Assembly: GCA_047601445.1 (NCBI GenBank)
Contig: JASGJH010000001.1
Span: forward strand, 7,584,001-7,648,000
Length of the DNA stretch: 64,000 bases
Direction of reading: 5' to 3'
Source: Myxococcales bacterium
GTDB taxonomy: Bacteria > Myxococcota_A > Polyangia > Polyangiales > DASUME01
Shown here: one piece after another, positions 1 through 7,962 of the stretch
Position numbering within the stretch: position 1 is the first letter of the stretch
Layout of the letters: every line of letters begins with the position of its first letter
Translations under genes and position numbers: made by a program
The notes under the pieces: generated by a model
Database searches by the model: none
What the model was told of the DNA's origin: nothing
What the model saw: only the letters and a program-made list of their open reading frames with translations

Positions 1-765
1 GTATGGGGCGCCACCGCGGCGTGTATCGCGACTCTGGCAGGAACCGCCGCCGCTCATATCCCGAGCATCGAGCCACAGGCTCTCCGCGTAAACCCGCAGC
101 GTGCACCTGCAGCGGAGGACTACTCCTGGGAGTCGCCTCGGGTGCTGGCGGACGTCAGGGACTCGATGTCCATTGCTGGCTACCTGACCCACAACGACGT
201 CGACGTTTTCAAGTTCACGCTGACGGCCGCAGACTTCGCGCGAGGACCTGTGATCGTGTCGGCCTCGGCCTTGGCGCCCGGCTGCGCGAACTACCAGAAC
301 GTGTACCCGGTGACCGCCCTCGTGGGTCCGCAGAAGCCCGGGCCCTTCGGCCCGCCCGGCCTGCCGCCCGCCGATCCCAGCCTCGACCTTCCCTTCGAGG
401 TGCCCGCCGGCAACGGCGTCGTGTTCGCGGACAATCCTGAGATCTCCCCGCGCCCCGTCTTTCACATGCCCCAGGGCGAAGCCGACATGGGCGACCTCAA
501 GTGGTTCTTGCCTGCGGGCTTGACCCAGGAATGCCTGCAGACCAATCCGCAGGCCTGCGACCTCTCGCACACGATTGCGCAGCCCGTCTTCTACCCCGGT
601 ACCTACTACATCGTGATGTGGAACCCGAGCGGCGTGCAGACCGATTACACCGCGAGCATCGGCTACTCCGAGGCCCACTACGAAGAGCCGCCGCAGGACA
701 TCGTCGAACTGCTGCGTGACAACGGCCTGCTGCACCGCGGCTGCGCCGACTACCCGAAGGAGTGA
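1..765 (+). CDS. Secreted hypothetical protein with PPC-like (pre-peptidase C-terminal) motifs; 5' end lies before the window
   Basis: Frame 1 is open from base 1 (VWGATAACIATLAGTAAA-HIP, signal-peptide-like) into ORF 142..765; motifs DVDVFKFT and PGTYYIVMW. Confidence 0.6.
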   Translation, partial: VWGATAACIATLAGTAAAHIPSIEPQALRVNPQRAPAAEDYSWESPRVLADVRDSMSIAGYLTHNDVDVFKFTLTAADFARGPVIVSASALAPGCANYQNVYPVTALVGPQKPGPFGPPGLPPADPSLDLPFEVPAGNGVVFADNPEISPRPVFHMPQGEADMGDLKWFLPAGLTQECLQTNPQACDLSHTIAQPVFYPGTYYIVMWNPSGVQTDYTASIGYSEAHYEEPPQDIVELLRDNGLLHRGCADYPKE

Positions 766-964
766 TGGCTCGGGCGACATCGGCGTTGCGATGACGCCAT
801 CGTGTTAGCCCCCGTAATCGTGCGCGTGCGCAACTCTCACAACTGCGCACGTGCACGGCCATGGCTCCAACCCCTGCCACCGCGCGCTCGCGGACGTTCT
901 GCCGCGGCTCGCCAAAGGCGGTAGGGTTCTAGATTGGATCGTCAGGACATGCAGGAGGTGAGTC

Positions 965-1372
965 ATGCTGACAAGAGATTCCAATGTCACCAACGCGGTC
1001 GCCATGGCGGAGGCGCGCTTTGCGGAGCTCTTCAATGCGGGGCGATACGAGCAGCTGATCGCTGGCTTTTATGCGGAGGATGCCAAACTCCTGCCGCCCA
1101 ACATGCCCGCCGTGGACGGGCGCTCGGCCATCGGACGGGTCTTTCCTCAACTGGCCCAGATCTTCTCTGATCTCAAGATCACCACAGGCCCAGTCAACGT
1201 TTCTGGCGAGCTCGCCGTCACGAACGGCACGTACACAGCCAAGCTCAAGCTGGCTTCCGGCAAGACTGTGAACGACCAAGGAAAGTTCATGGAGGCGTGG
1301 CGCAAGGAGTCGGATGGATCGTGGAAATGCATCCTCGACACCTTCTCGAGCGACAACGTGCACACCGACTGA
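965..1372 (+). CDS. SnoaL/NTF2-like (DUF4440/YybH-type) protein
   Basis: YAEDAKLLPPN..GRSAI and GKFMEAWRKESDGSWK motifs; RBS GGAGGT upstream. Confidence 0.8.
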   Translation: MLTRDSNVTNAVAMAEARFAELFNAGRYEQLIAGFYAEDAKLLPPNMPAVDGRSAIGRVFPQLAQIFSDLKITTGPVNVSGELAVTNGTYTAKLKLASGKTVNDQGKFMEAWRKESDGSWKCILDTFSSDNVHTD

Positions 1373-1374
1373 GC

Positions 1375-1803
1375 TCATGATCCGTTGCCCTTCGCTTGCT
1401 GTGCCAGGCCCTCGTGTGCCTTCGCCATGTCTTGCATCAAGGCAGCGTGTGCGAGCGACGCATCCGGGGAGCGATCAAGAACGCCTGAATACTCTCCTCC
1501 CAAGGACGACCCCGCTTCGTCCGGAGTGAGGAGATCACGAACCTTCGACAAGCCGGCATCGAGCGCGCCCACTGTGGGAGCTGGCTTGGAGTCCAGGAGG
1601 TCGTCGAACTCTAGCACCGCCTGCGTCATCGGCTTGAGCCACGCCAGCGATGGGTCCGTCGTGAGAGCTTGCAGGAAGCCGCCCGCGTTGGTGGGGCCGT
1701 GCTCCCTTTCGAACCGCTCGCGCTCCGCGGCGATCACTGCTCGATGCAGAGTCAAAAGGCTCGTGCGTACTTCGTGTAGGAGCTGCATCTGCAAAGTCTC
1801 CAC
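1375..1803 (-). CDS. Hypothetical helical protein (start uncertain, GTG 1803 or ATG 1788)
   Basis: C-terminal part of ORF 1375..2016 reads as a plausible protein (LLTLHRAVIAAERERFEREHG..AWLKPMT). Confidence 0.6.
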   Translation of the reverse strand: METLQMQLLHEVRTSLLTLHRAVIAAERERFEREHGPTNAGGFLQALTTDPSLAWLKPMTQAVLEFDDLLDSKPAPTVGALDAGLSKVRDLLTPDEAGSSLGGEYSGVLDRSPDASLAHAALMQDMAKAHEGLAQQAKGNGS

Positions 1804-1901
1804 GCTGTTAGCGGGCCCCGCAAGGGCTGGGCGAGAGGGCATCACGCAGGGTGCAGCCCGCCGACATCCTGTACTTCGGTCGGCTTTGAGCGACCGGGGA
1901 T

Positions 1902-2786
1902 CTACGGCAATGACGGGCCTGGCGCGCCAAGCTCGAGGCGGCCCCGCACGTCGAGCAGGCGTCCCACGCGCTGCACCAAGAGGGGCGCGTGGTCGAGGGC
2001 TTCGAGCACGCGCCACACGTACGCAAGCACGGCATAGAGGTCACCGGCCGCCATCTGCGGGAGCTCAGCGGTGCGCAGGAGGACGGCGACCACGGCGACG
2101 ATGGAGCAGGCTTCGACGGCCGACCAGCTGCGCGCCTCGGCGTCGGAGAGCGCCACGCGGAGACCGCGGAAGCGCGCGAAATGGGCTGCGAGCTGTGCGT
2201 GCGGCGCATGGGCGATCAGCTCGACTTCGCGCTCGGTTTCGTCGTTCAAGCGCGCGTTCAGCGCCTTGGCTCGGCGACCGAAACGTAGGTACACGGCGCT
2301 CACTGGCAGGACCAGCGACAGGACCCAGAAGCCTGCGGGCAAGTCGTAGACGAGCAGCATGCCCAGGCTGCCCACCAGGCCGATGGCACTGCTGGCGAGG
2401 TTGGGGAGCTCACTCTCGAAAAAGGTAACCGCGTCGCGTGCCATCCCCACGCGCGCGGCGATCTCGGCGGTGGCGATGCCGGCCGTGCGTTGGCGCAGCA
2501 CGGTGTCGGTGGCGAGCTCTGCGTACAGCGAGGCGAAGATGCGGGTGTCGTAGGCCTGGCGCGCCGCGCCCAGCACCACGTGGAAGCCCCAGATGGCGAC
2601 CAGCGGCCACAGCGCCGTGGGACCCTCGCCAGCGAGCAGGCCATTGACGGCCAGGCCAGTGGTGAAGGGATAGAGCAAAGAAAGGACATTTTCGACCAGC
2701 GTGATCGCGTAGGTCAGCGCGATGCGCCCACGGAACGCGCGCAACAGATTGCCGAGCGACGATGCACCAAGGGACTCCACGGGCAT
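1902..2786 (-). CDS. ABC transporter six-transmembrane domain protein (ABC_6TM-like, no ATPase domain)
   Basis: Multiple TM helices; motifs LLYPFTTGLAVNGLL, YDTRIF, LNARLNDETEREV. Confidence 0.75.
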   Translation of the reverse strand: MPVESLGASSLGNLLRAFRGRIALTYAITLVENVLSLLYPFTTGLAVNGLLAGEGPTALWPLVAIWGFHVVLGAARQAYDTRIFASLYAELATDTVLRQRTAGIATAEIAARVGMARDAVTFFESELPNLASSAIGLVGSLGMLLVYDLPAGFWVLSLVLPVSAVYLRFGRRAKALNARLNDETEREVELIAHAPHAQLAAHFARFRGLRVALSDAEARSWSAVEACSIVAVVAVLLRTAELPQMAAGDLYAVLAYVWRVLEALDHAPLLVQRVGRLLDVRGRLELGAPGPSLP

Positions 2787-3247
2787 GGGCTGGGGACAAG
2801 CACCAGCTGTGCCTGCCTATGTTCGCGCACTCTCGCACGGGCGGCCTGAATCACCCTCACTTGGGAATGCCCGAGGGCGAGCTCGCTGCTGCGATGCTCG
2901 ATGCTGCTAGGTCTTGGCGGGCCCTTCGCCGCCCGCGAGGCCCGTCGTCGCGCACGAGGGGCACTTGAGCGGTTCTGCGAGGTCGTTGAGCCCTGCGCTC
3001 GGGGCGGGTCCTTACGGGGTTCGGGCGAGGGAATGCGCACTTTCGGACCACCGATGGCGAACCCGTGGCCGTCGCCACGGCGGCATACGATCTCATCCGA
3101 GGTCAGCTCGCAGCCAAATGGTCCTCGTCGGAGGTGAACTCCCTCTTGCAGCACGGGCTCCAACACGCAGCAGCTCGCATCGCGGACGCGGCGAACGATC
3201 ACCGCAGGGCCGGTGGGTCCCAAGTAAACGAGTCTCGCCCGCTCGGT

Positions 3248-4834
3248 TCATGGCTCCGGCTCGAACACGAATGGGAACGCCAAGGTGAAGGCCTCCGCGT
3301 TCGGAGGCGTGTCGAGCGCGGCGAGTTGATCGAGCACGCACTGGGTCAGGTTCGCGGGCGCCTGGTTGGCACCGGCGGACACGACCTCGGCGACTTCACG
3401 GTCAGGCGTGACTTTGATCTCCACTTCCACGCGCCCCATGAGCGTGGGCGTCGCCCGCAGGAGTTCCTCGTAGCAGCGCTGCATGGCGCCGATACGCGCC
3501 CGCACCTGATTCGTCACGGCCGTGAGGGCGTCGGGCGTGTCGACCTTGCCAGCGACTTCGGGCGCTGCGCGCCGCAGCGCTTCGGAGAGCGAAGCTGGCT
3601 CGGGGGGTGCTGCCCGCAGGGAGGCGTCGATCCAGGCTTGCCAGCTCAGCTCCGGTTGGTTCGCGTCGTGCGCGACGAGCGGCACGCTGCAGTGGGCCAC
3701 GAAGGGACGTTCACCCACGAGCGAATTGACCAGCGTGCCCTTCGCGTCGACCGCTGCCCAAAGGCGGACATCGGCCTGACGTGGCACGAGCGGTGCGAGC
3801 GCCCGCAGCACCTTGGCTGCAGGTTCCCCGGCAGCGGCCGCCACCGTGATGTCGAGGCGCTTTTCCTGCTGCTCCTCGGCGAGCTTGGCGGCGAGCTCCG
3901 GCTCGGGCAATCCGCTGCTCGGGTCGAGCGCTTCGCCGTCCACGATCGCCAGCATGGCCGCCTTGCCACGCGTGTTGCACGTCTGTACCGCTGGTGGAGG
4001 CAACGTCTCGACGAAGCTCTCCCACACCAGGCCCGACGTGGTGGGCGGGAGGCGCTCCACGTCGCGCGCGAGGCCGCGGGTGCCAGTGAACACCGCGACC
4101 CCGAAGGCCAGCCAAAGTGCGGCCCCGAGCAGTATCGATCGACTCGCCACCAGACCTCGCTTGCCCGCGACTGCCACCAACGCCCAGCCCAACAGGCCCG
4201 TCCATGCGACCGTGGAGGCGAGCTGGACGCGCGCCGACTGCAACAGCGACGGCAACGTGGCGATGGTGTCCATGTAGATCCGGTCGCGCTCGCTGGGCAT
4301 CGCGAAGGCGACTGCAGAGAAGGCGCGGAGGACCATGGACAGCGCTGCGTTCCCGTGCGGCTCCGCGCCCCACATCCCGAAGACACCCAGGGCGAGACCC
4401 GTCACCAAGAACGCGATCCCCGTCCGCGAGACAACTCGGCCCATGGCGAGCAAGGCGAGCCCTCCGCAGATCACGAGCGGAAGCCCGAGCGCGAGCAGAA
4501 TGCCCGCCAGGGCCGCGACATAGCTGCGCCCGCTGAAAGCGCTCGAAAGGTGTTGTGCCACAAGGCTCCCCTCCTCCTCGAGCAGCGCCTGCGCGAACAG
4601 GCGCCCGGCGGTCCACCAGGTGCCCACCACGCCGAGCACCGCTAGCGCGAATGCCAGCGCCGTGATCCATTGCAGCCGTCGGGCACGTTCGGCGAGCTTC
4701 GGCGCGTCCGGACGCAAGCCGGCCCTCAGCGCGAGGGCAGCCGCGACCAGGCTCGTCGGCGCGGCCAAGATCACGAGCCACGCCCACAGGCCGCCCACAT
4801 TCACCATGTCCATCAGGGCGTCGAGCACGTTCAC
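3248..4834 (-). CDS. Membrane protein with ExbB/TolQ-like TM segments, an ExbD-like segment and a C-terminal AgmX/PglI (TonB-C-like) domain
   Basis: GTG start at 4834 overlaps the upstream small-ORF stop (GTGA); C-terminus IGAMQRCYEELL..PTLMGRVEV..CV..FPFVF. Confidence 0.7.
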   Translation of the reverse strand: MNVLDALMDMVNVGGLWAWLVILAAPTSLVAAALALRAGLRPDAPKLAERARRLQWITALAFALAVLGVVGTWWTAGRLFAQALLEEEGSLVAQHLSSAFSGRSYVAALAGILLALGLPLVICGGLALLAMGRVVSRTGIAFLVTGLALGVFGMWGAEPHGNAALSMVLRAFSAVAFAMPSERDRIYMDTIATLPSLLQSARVQLASTVAWTGLLGWALVAVAGKRGLVASRSILLGAALWLAFGVAVFTGTRGLARDVERLPPTTSGLVWESFVETLPPPAVQTCNTRGKAAMLAIVDGEALDPSSGLPEPELAAKLAEEQQEKRLDITVAAAAGEPAAKVLRALAPLVPRQADVRLWAAVDAKGTLVNSLVGERPFVAHCSVPLVAHDANQPELSWQAWIDASLRAAPPEPASLSEALRRAAPEVAGKVDTPDALTAVTNQVRARIGAMQRCYEELLRATPTLMGRVEVEIKVTPDREVAEVVSAGANQAPANLTQCVLDQLAALDTPPNAEAFTLAFPFVFEPEP

Positions 4835-4956
4835 TTCACCGTCAAGATGACCAGGCGCGTCAGCGCGGCCAGCGAACCCACCGAGTCGATCCACGCCAGC
4901 GTCAGCAGCAGCGAGCCACCCCAGAAACACGCGAATCCGACCATGTTCTTCAGCAT
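4831..4956 (-). CDS. 41-aa hydrophobic small protein (not in the ORF track)
   Basis: MLKNMVGFACFWGGSLLLTLAWIDSVGSLAALTRLVILTVK*; its stop overlaps the next start codon. Confidence 0.45.
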   Translation of the reverse strand: MLKNMVGFACFWGGSLLLTLAWIDSVGSLAALTRLVILTVK

Positions 4957-5073
4957 GCGTCCGAGTCTACTCGGCGGCCGGGTGTGCAGAAGCCAGTTGG
5001 ACCACGAACGCGTGCGATCCAGGGGTGACGCCTCGCAGTCGAGCGCGCCGGGAGGCCGCCGCGTGCCGGGGTT

Positions 5074-5100
5074 GGGACGAGGGATTCGACCCTCGACTTC
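5074..5100 (-). repeat. Degenerate copy of the tRNA-Gly 3' end (relic att site)
   Basis: gggacgagggattcga-ccctcgacttc versus tRNA gggacaagggattcgaaccctcgacttc: one substitution and one deletion. Confidence 0.7.
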
Positions 5101-5103
5101 GAG

Positions 5104-6607
5104 CTAGCTTCCGGTGCGCCGGCCGAACGCGATGCGCCGCACCACGACCTGGGAACCAAGCTTGGACGCCACCACGACGTCGGAAGTGCCCAGCGTCGCC
5201 ATGCCCACGACGTTGCCGACGGTCGCGCCGGAGAGGCCGGTCTTCAAGACCTTTCCGAGCGTGCCCTTCGACGTGACTTCGGAGAGCAAGAGCTGGTCGT
5301 CGACGAACGAGGCCACCAGATAGCCGCCCCCGAAGCTCGTGAAGCTCTGCGGCGTTTCAGACGTTCCACGCTTGAGTTCGAGCGCGGGCCATAGTGGATA
5401 GCCGTCGTCGCCAAACACATAGAACTTGGCGTCGCCGGGAACGAGCAACGCAGGTCCTTGTGGCGTGAACTCGGCGACCATATTGTCGTCCCCGTCGGCC
5501 ACGACGTAGAAGTCGAAGGGATTCTTCGGTCGGGTTCACGTCGGTCCGCCACCAACCGAAGCTGGTGGTGGCGCTCTCCCAGAACAACACCTGGGCTTGG
5601 CTTCCTGCCTCACCGAGCGCGAGTACGTCGCCCGCAGCGAACCAGATGCGTGGGGTGGGCGCGATCTCTCCGGAGCTTCCCACGCTGAGGACGGTCAGTC
5701 CGTCGCAATCCACCTCGGATCCGTAGGTACACCGATACTTGTGAGCCAGGACCAAGCCGCCGCCGCCCTGCATCATCATCTTCCCCGGCCAGCCCCCAAG
5801 CGCCACGGGTTCATAGGCAGGCGTGCCATCGGGTGCCCAGCGCTGGACGCTCCCCCCGAAGACGGCCCCCACACCACCGTTGGCGTCGCAACCGATGTCG
5901 AGGATTGAGTTGGCGCCCGCCACGGTCTGACTCCAGGCAGTCGCACCTTCCGCGATTTTGTGGAGATTGGTGCCCGAAGCCACGTAGATCTCAGCGCTGG
6001 ACGTCACACACAGGCCGCCGAAACGCTGAGAGCTGCCGGCCACGCTGACCTTCCAGGCCTCGACCGTCTTGCAGCGATCGCACGGCTCATCGATGTCGTC
6101 CGCGTCGCATGCCTCTCCTGCGCTCGCATTGACGATCTTGTCTCCGCAGCTGGCGAGCGTGCAGTCCGTATTGCATGCGGCGCTCTCGACGCAGGCTTGA
6201 TTCGCGGCGAGCTCGCAGCCCGCAGGAAGCTCGCGAGGCTCCGACACCTGCCCCGCGCCCTGCTCGCAGGCCATGACCTCCTGCAGGGGCAAATCGGCAC
6301 GACCGTCGCCGTTCATGTCCGCGTAGAAGGTACTCAGCCCGGGTCCGTGGCAGACGCCACACTGATCCGTGTCGTTCGTCGCGCAGGTGGGCTCCAGGTC
6401 GTCAGCATTGTCGGCCACGTCCTGGAGGGCGTCGCACGGAGCGGTGGCCTTCACCGGATGCGCTGGATCACCAAGCCCATCCCCGTCCATGTCAGCGTAA
6501 TGGGGCTTTTCGCAGGCCCCATTCTCCGCGGCCTCGCCGTCGTCTCCGCAACCCCCGAGCACTCCACACGCCACCAGCCAGCACCGAACGAATCTAGGAA
6601 ACTTCAC
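5104..6607 (-). CDS. Lipoprotein with DxDGDG (MopE-like) motifs, a Myxococcus Cys-rich repeat and a beta-rich C-terminus; frameshift at ~5522
   Basis: Lipobox LGGC; YADMDGDGLGDP; CNTDCTLASCGDKIVN..GEACD; removing one base at 5522-5523 joins ORFs 5357..6640 and 5104..5502 (TEDPFDFYVVADGDD). Confidence 0.65.
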
Positions 6608-6724
6608 GAACTCGAGAGTAGCGGTCGCGCAGGCGAGCAAGCAACGAGCGTGCAGTTCTTTCCTTCCCGTTTCACCCCGCCGATCGACGGAGCCGATCTC
6701 GTGGCGCTCGACAGAGGTCGCGGT

Positions 6725-7014
6725 TCAAGTCGTTGTCGCGCTATTGGTTCGGAGCCGCTGAGGCGTGCCATCGGTCACGTCGACGAAGACTTCGCTCTTT
6801 TCACCGAGGTCGCGATACTTGCGGCGCTGGCCACATACGTCGATTTCGTAAGCGTAGATCCCGTCGGCCTTCTTGATGACGTGGACCTTCTCCAGGGGAC
6901 AGTCATGGTGAAGGCCGCGGTCTTCGCGGCACTTTGTGCGACCATGTTTGCACAGCCACCTGCGCCCAAGGAGACGGCGAGCCAGAGCACGTGGGAAACG
7001 AGGTTGTGATTCAT
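6725..7014 (-). CDS. Small Cys-containing lipoprotein; frameshift at ~6910
   Basis: Lipobox GAGG-C; adding one base gives KTAAFDHDCPLEKV..IDVCGQRRKYRD..*, resembling AFDxxC..CG small myxobacterial lipoproteins. Confidence 0.55.
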
Positions 7015-7066
7015 GCGTACGGTCGCTCGGCAGGTGGTTGTTAGAGTGGTGGCCGGGCCAATCTGA

Positions 7067-7169
7067 AAACGAAAAAGGCCGGTGAGCTCTTTGAGCTAAC
7101 CGGCCTGATTCACTGCAACAATCTTTGAGCGGGACAAGGGATTCGAACCCTCGACTTCAACCTTGGCAA
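7067..7169 (-). repeat. 103-bp direct repeat, distal copy (att site: tRNA-Gly 3' half plus terminator)
   Basis: Identical base by base to 12883-12985. Confidence 0.95.
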
Positions 7170-7316
7170 TTGGGCCGATAGGCCCGAAAGCAGAACGGAA
7201 TTCAATCATTCCCAGCTGTTGGCGCTAACGGACGTTCACGCTCGTTCACGCATGAACACGCGTTGGTGGTTGGGAAGTGGTTGGGGTGAGCGGGGCGCCT
7301 CGGGTAGGTTGGGGCG

Positions 7317-7805
7317 GTGAGTCTTGAGCTGACCGCGCTGCGGATCGGATTCGAAGAAGGGCTGTACTCCCGGGACGACGTGCGGGCCTGGGTCGACCGG
7401 GAGATCGCGGCGCGGGACTAGCTGGCGCCCGAGCTGCTCGAGCTGGCCACGATGGCCCACAAGCCGGACCAGGAGGTCATCGCGCTCCTGAAGGGATTGG
7501 CGCCGAAAACCTCGGCCGAGGAAGGAGGGCGAATGGTGTTGGCCGCATTTCAGGAGCTGTATCGTCTGGGTAGGGCTCCCTTGGCGACGATCGTTGCGCG
7601 TCTCTACAGTTTGGCGACCGCAGGGAAAGGGCTCTCAACGGACCAGTGCTCGGCCATCTATCACCTTGAGTGTGCCTTGGATCTGGTTGACTGCTCGATC
7701 GGAACCCTTGATGAGGTGCGGGTAGAGCTCGAGGAGTTCCTGTCTTCGAACGTAGAAAGGGCAGCGAATCCAGAGCACTTGGGGAGCATACGTGAGCAGA
7801 ACTGA
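7317..7805 (+). pseudogene. Helical hypothetical (immunity-protein-like) gene interrupted by an in-frame TAG at 7419-7421
   Basis: GTG 7317 is in frame with ORF 7452..7805: VSLELTALRIGFEEGLYSRDDVRAWVDREIAARD*LAPELLELATMAHK.. Confidence 0.55.
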
Positions 7806-7962
7806 GGCAGCTGTTCCGCTGCTCCGATATCGTGCCTTGTCGACCTTCGTAACCCCGCGGGTGATGGCGCGCGGAGCACCTCGCTGTCGTCCTGGTTCTT
7901 TCGCAACGCGCCTCTTCAAGGCCCGTTTAGTGCTGAACTAACCGGATGGGGCAAGTTATTCG

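Noticed and set aside
819..857. 14-bp inverted repeat as an ncRNA
   Set aside because: A single hairpin in GC-rich intergenic DNA; at most a terminator or operator, with insufficient evidence
2790..3245. Gene remnant between the ABC_6TM gene and the AgmX-domain gene
   Set aside because: A short protein-like stretch exists but has no start, boundary or motif I can support
7067..7169. Second tRNA-Gly gene
   Set aside because: Only the 3' half from the anticodon loop is present; the D-arm and 5' acceptor strand are missing
7419..7421. Pyrrolysine or other amber recoding
   Set aside because: TAG is used as a normal stop by several genes in the window, and no pyl machinery is visible
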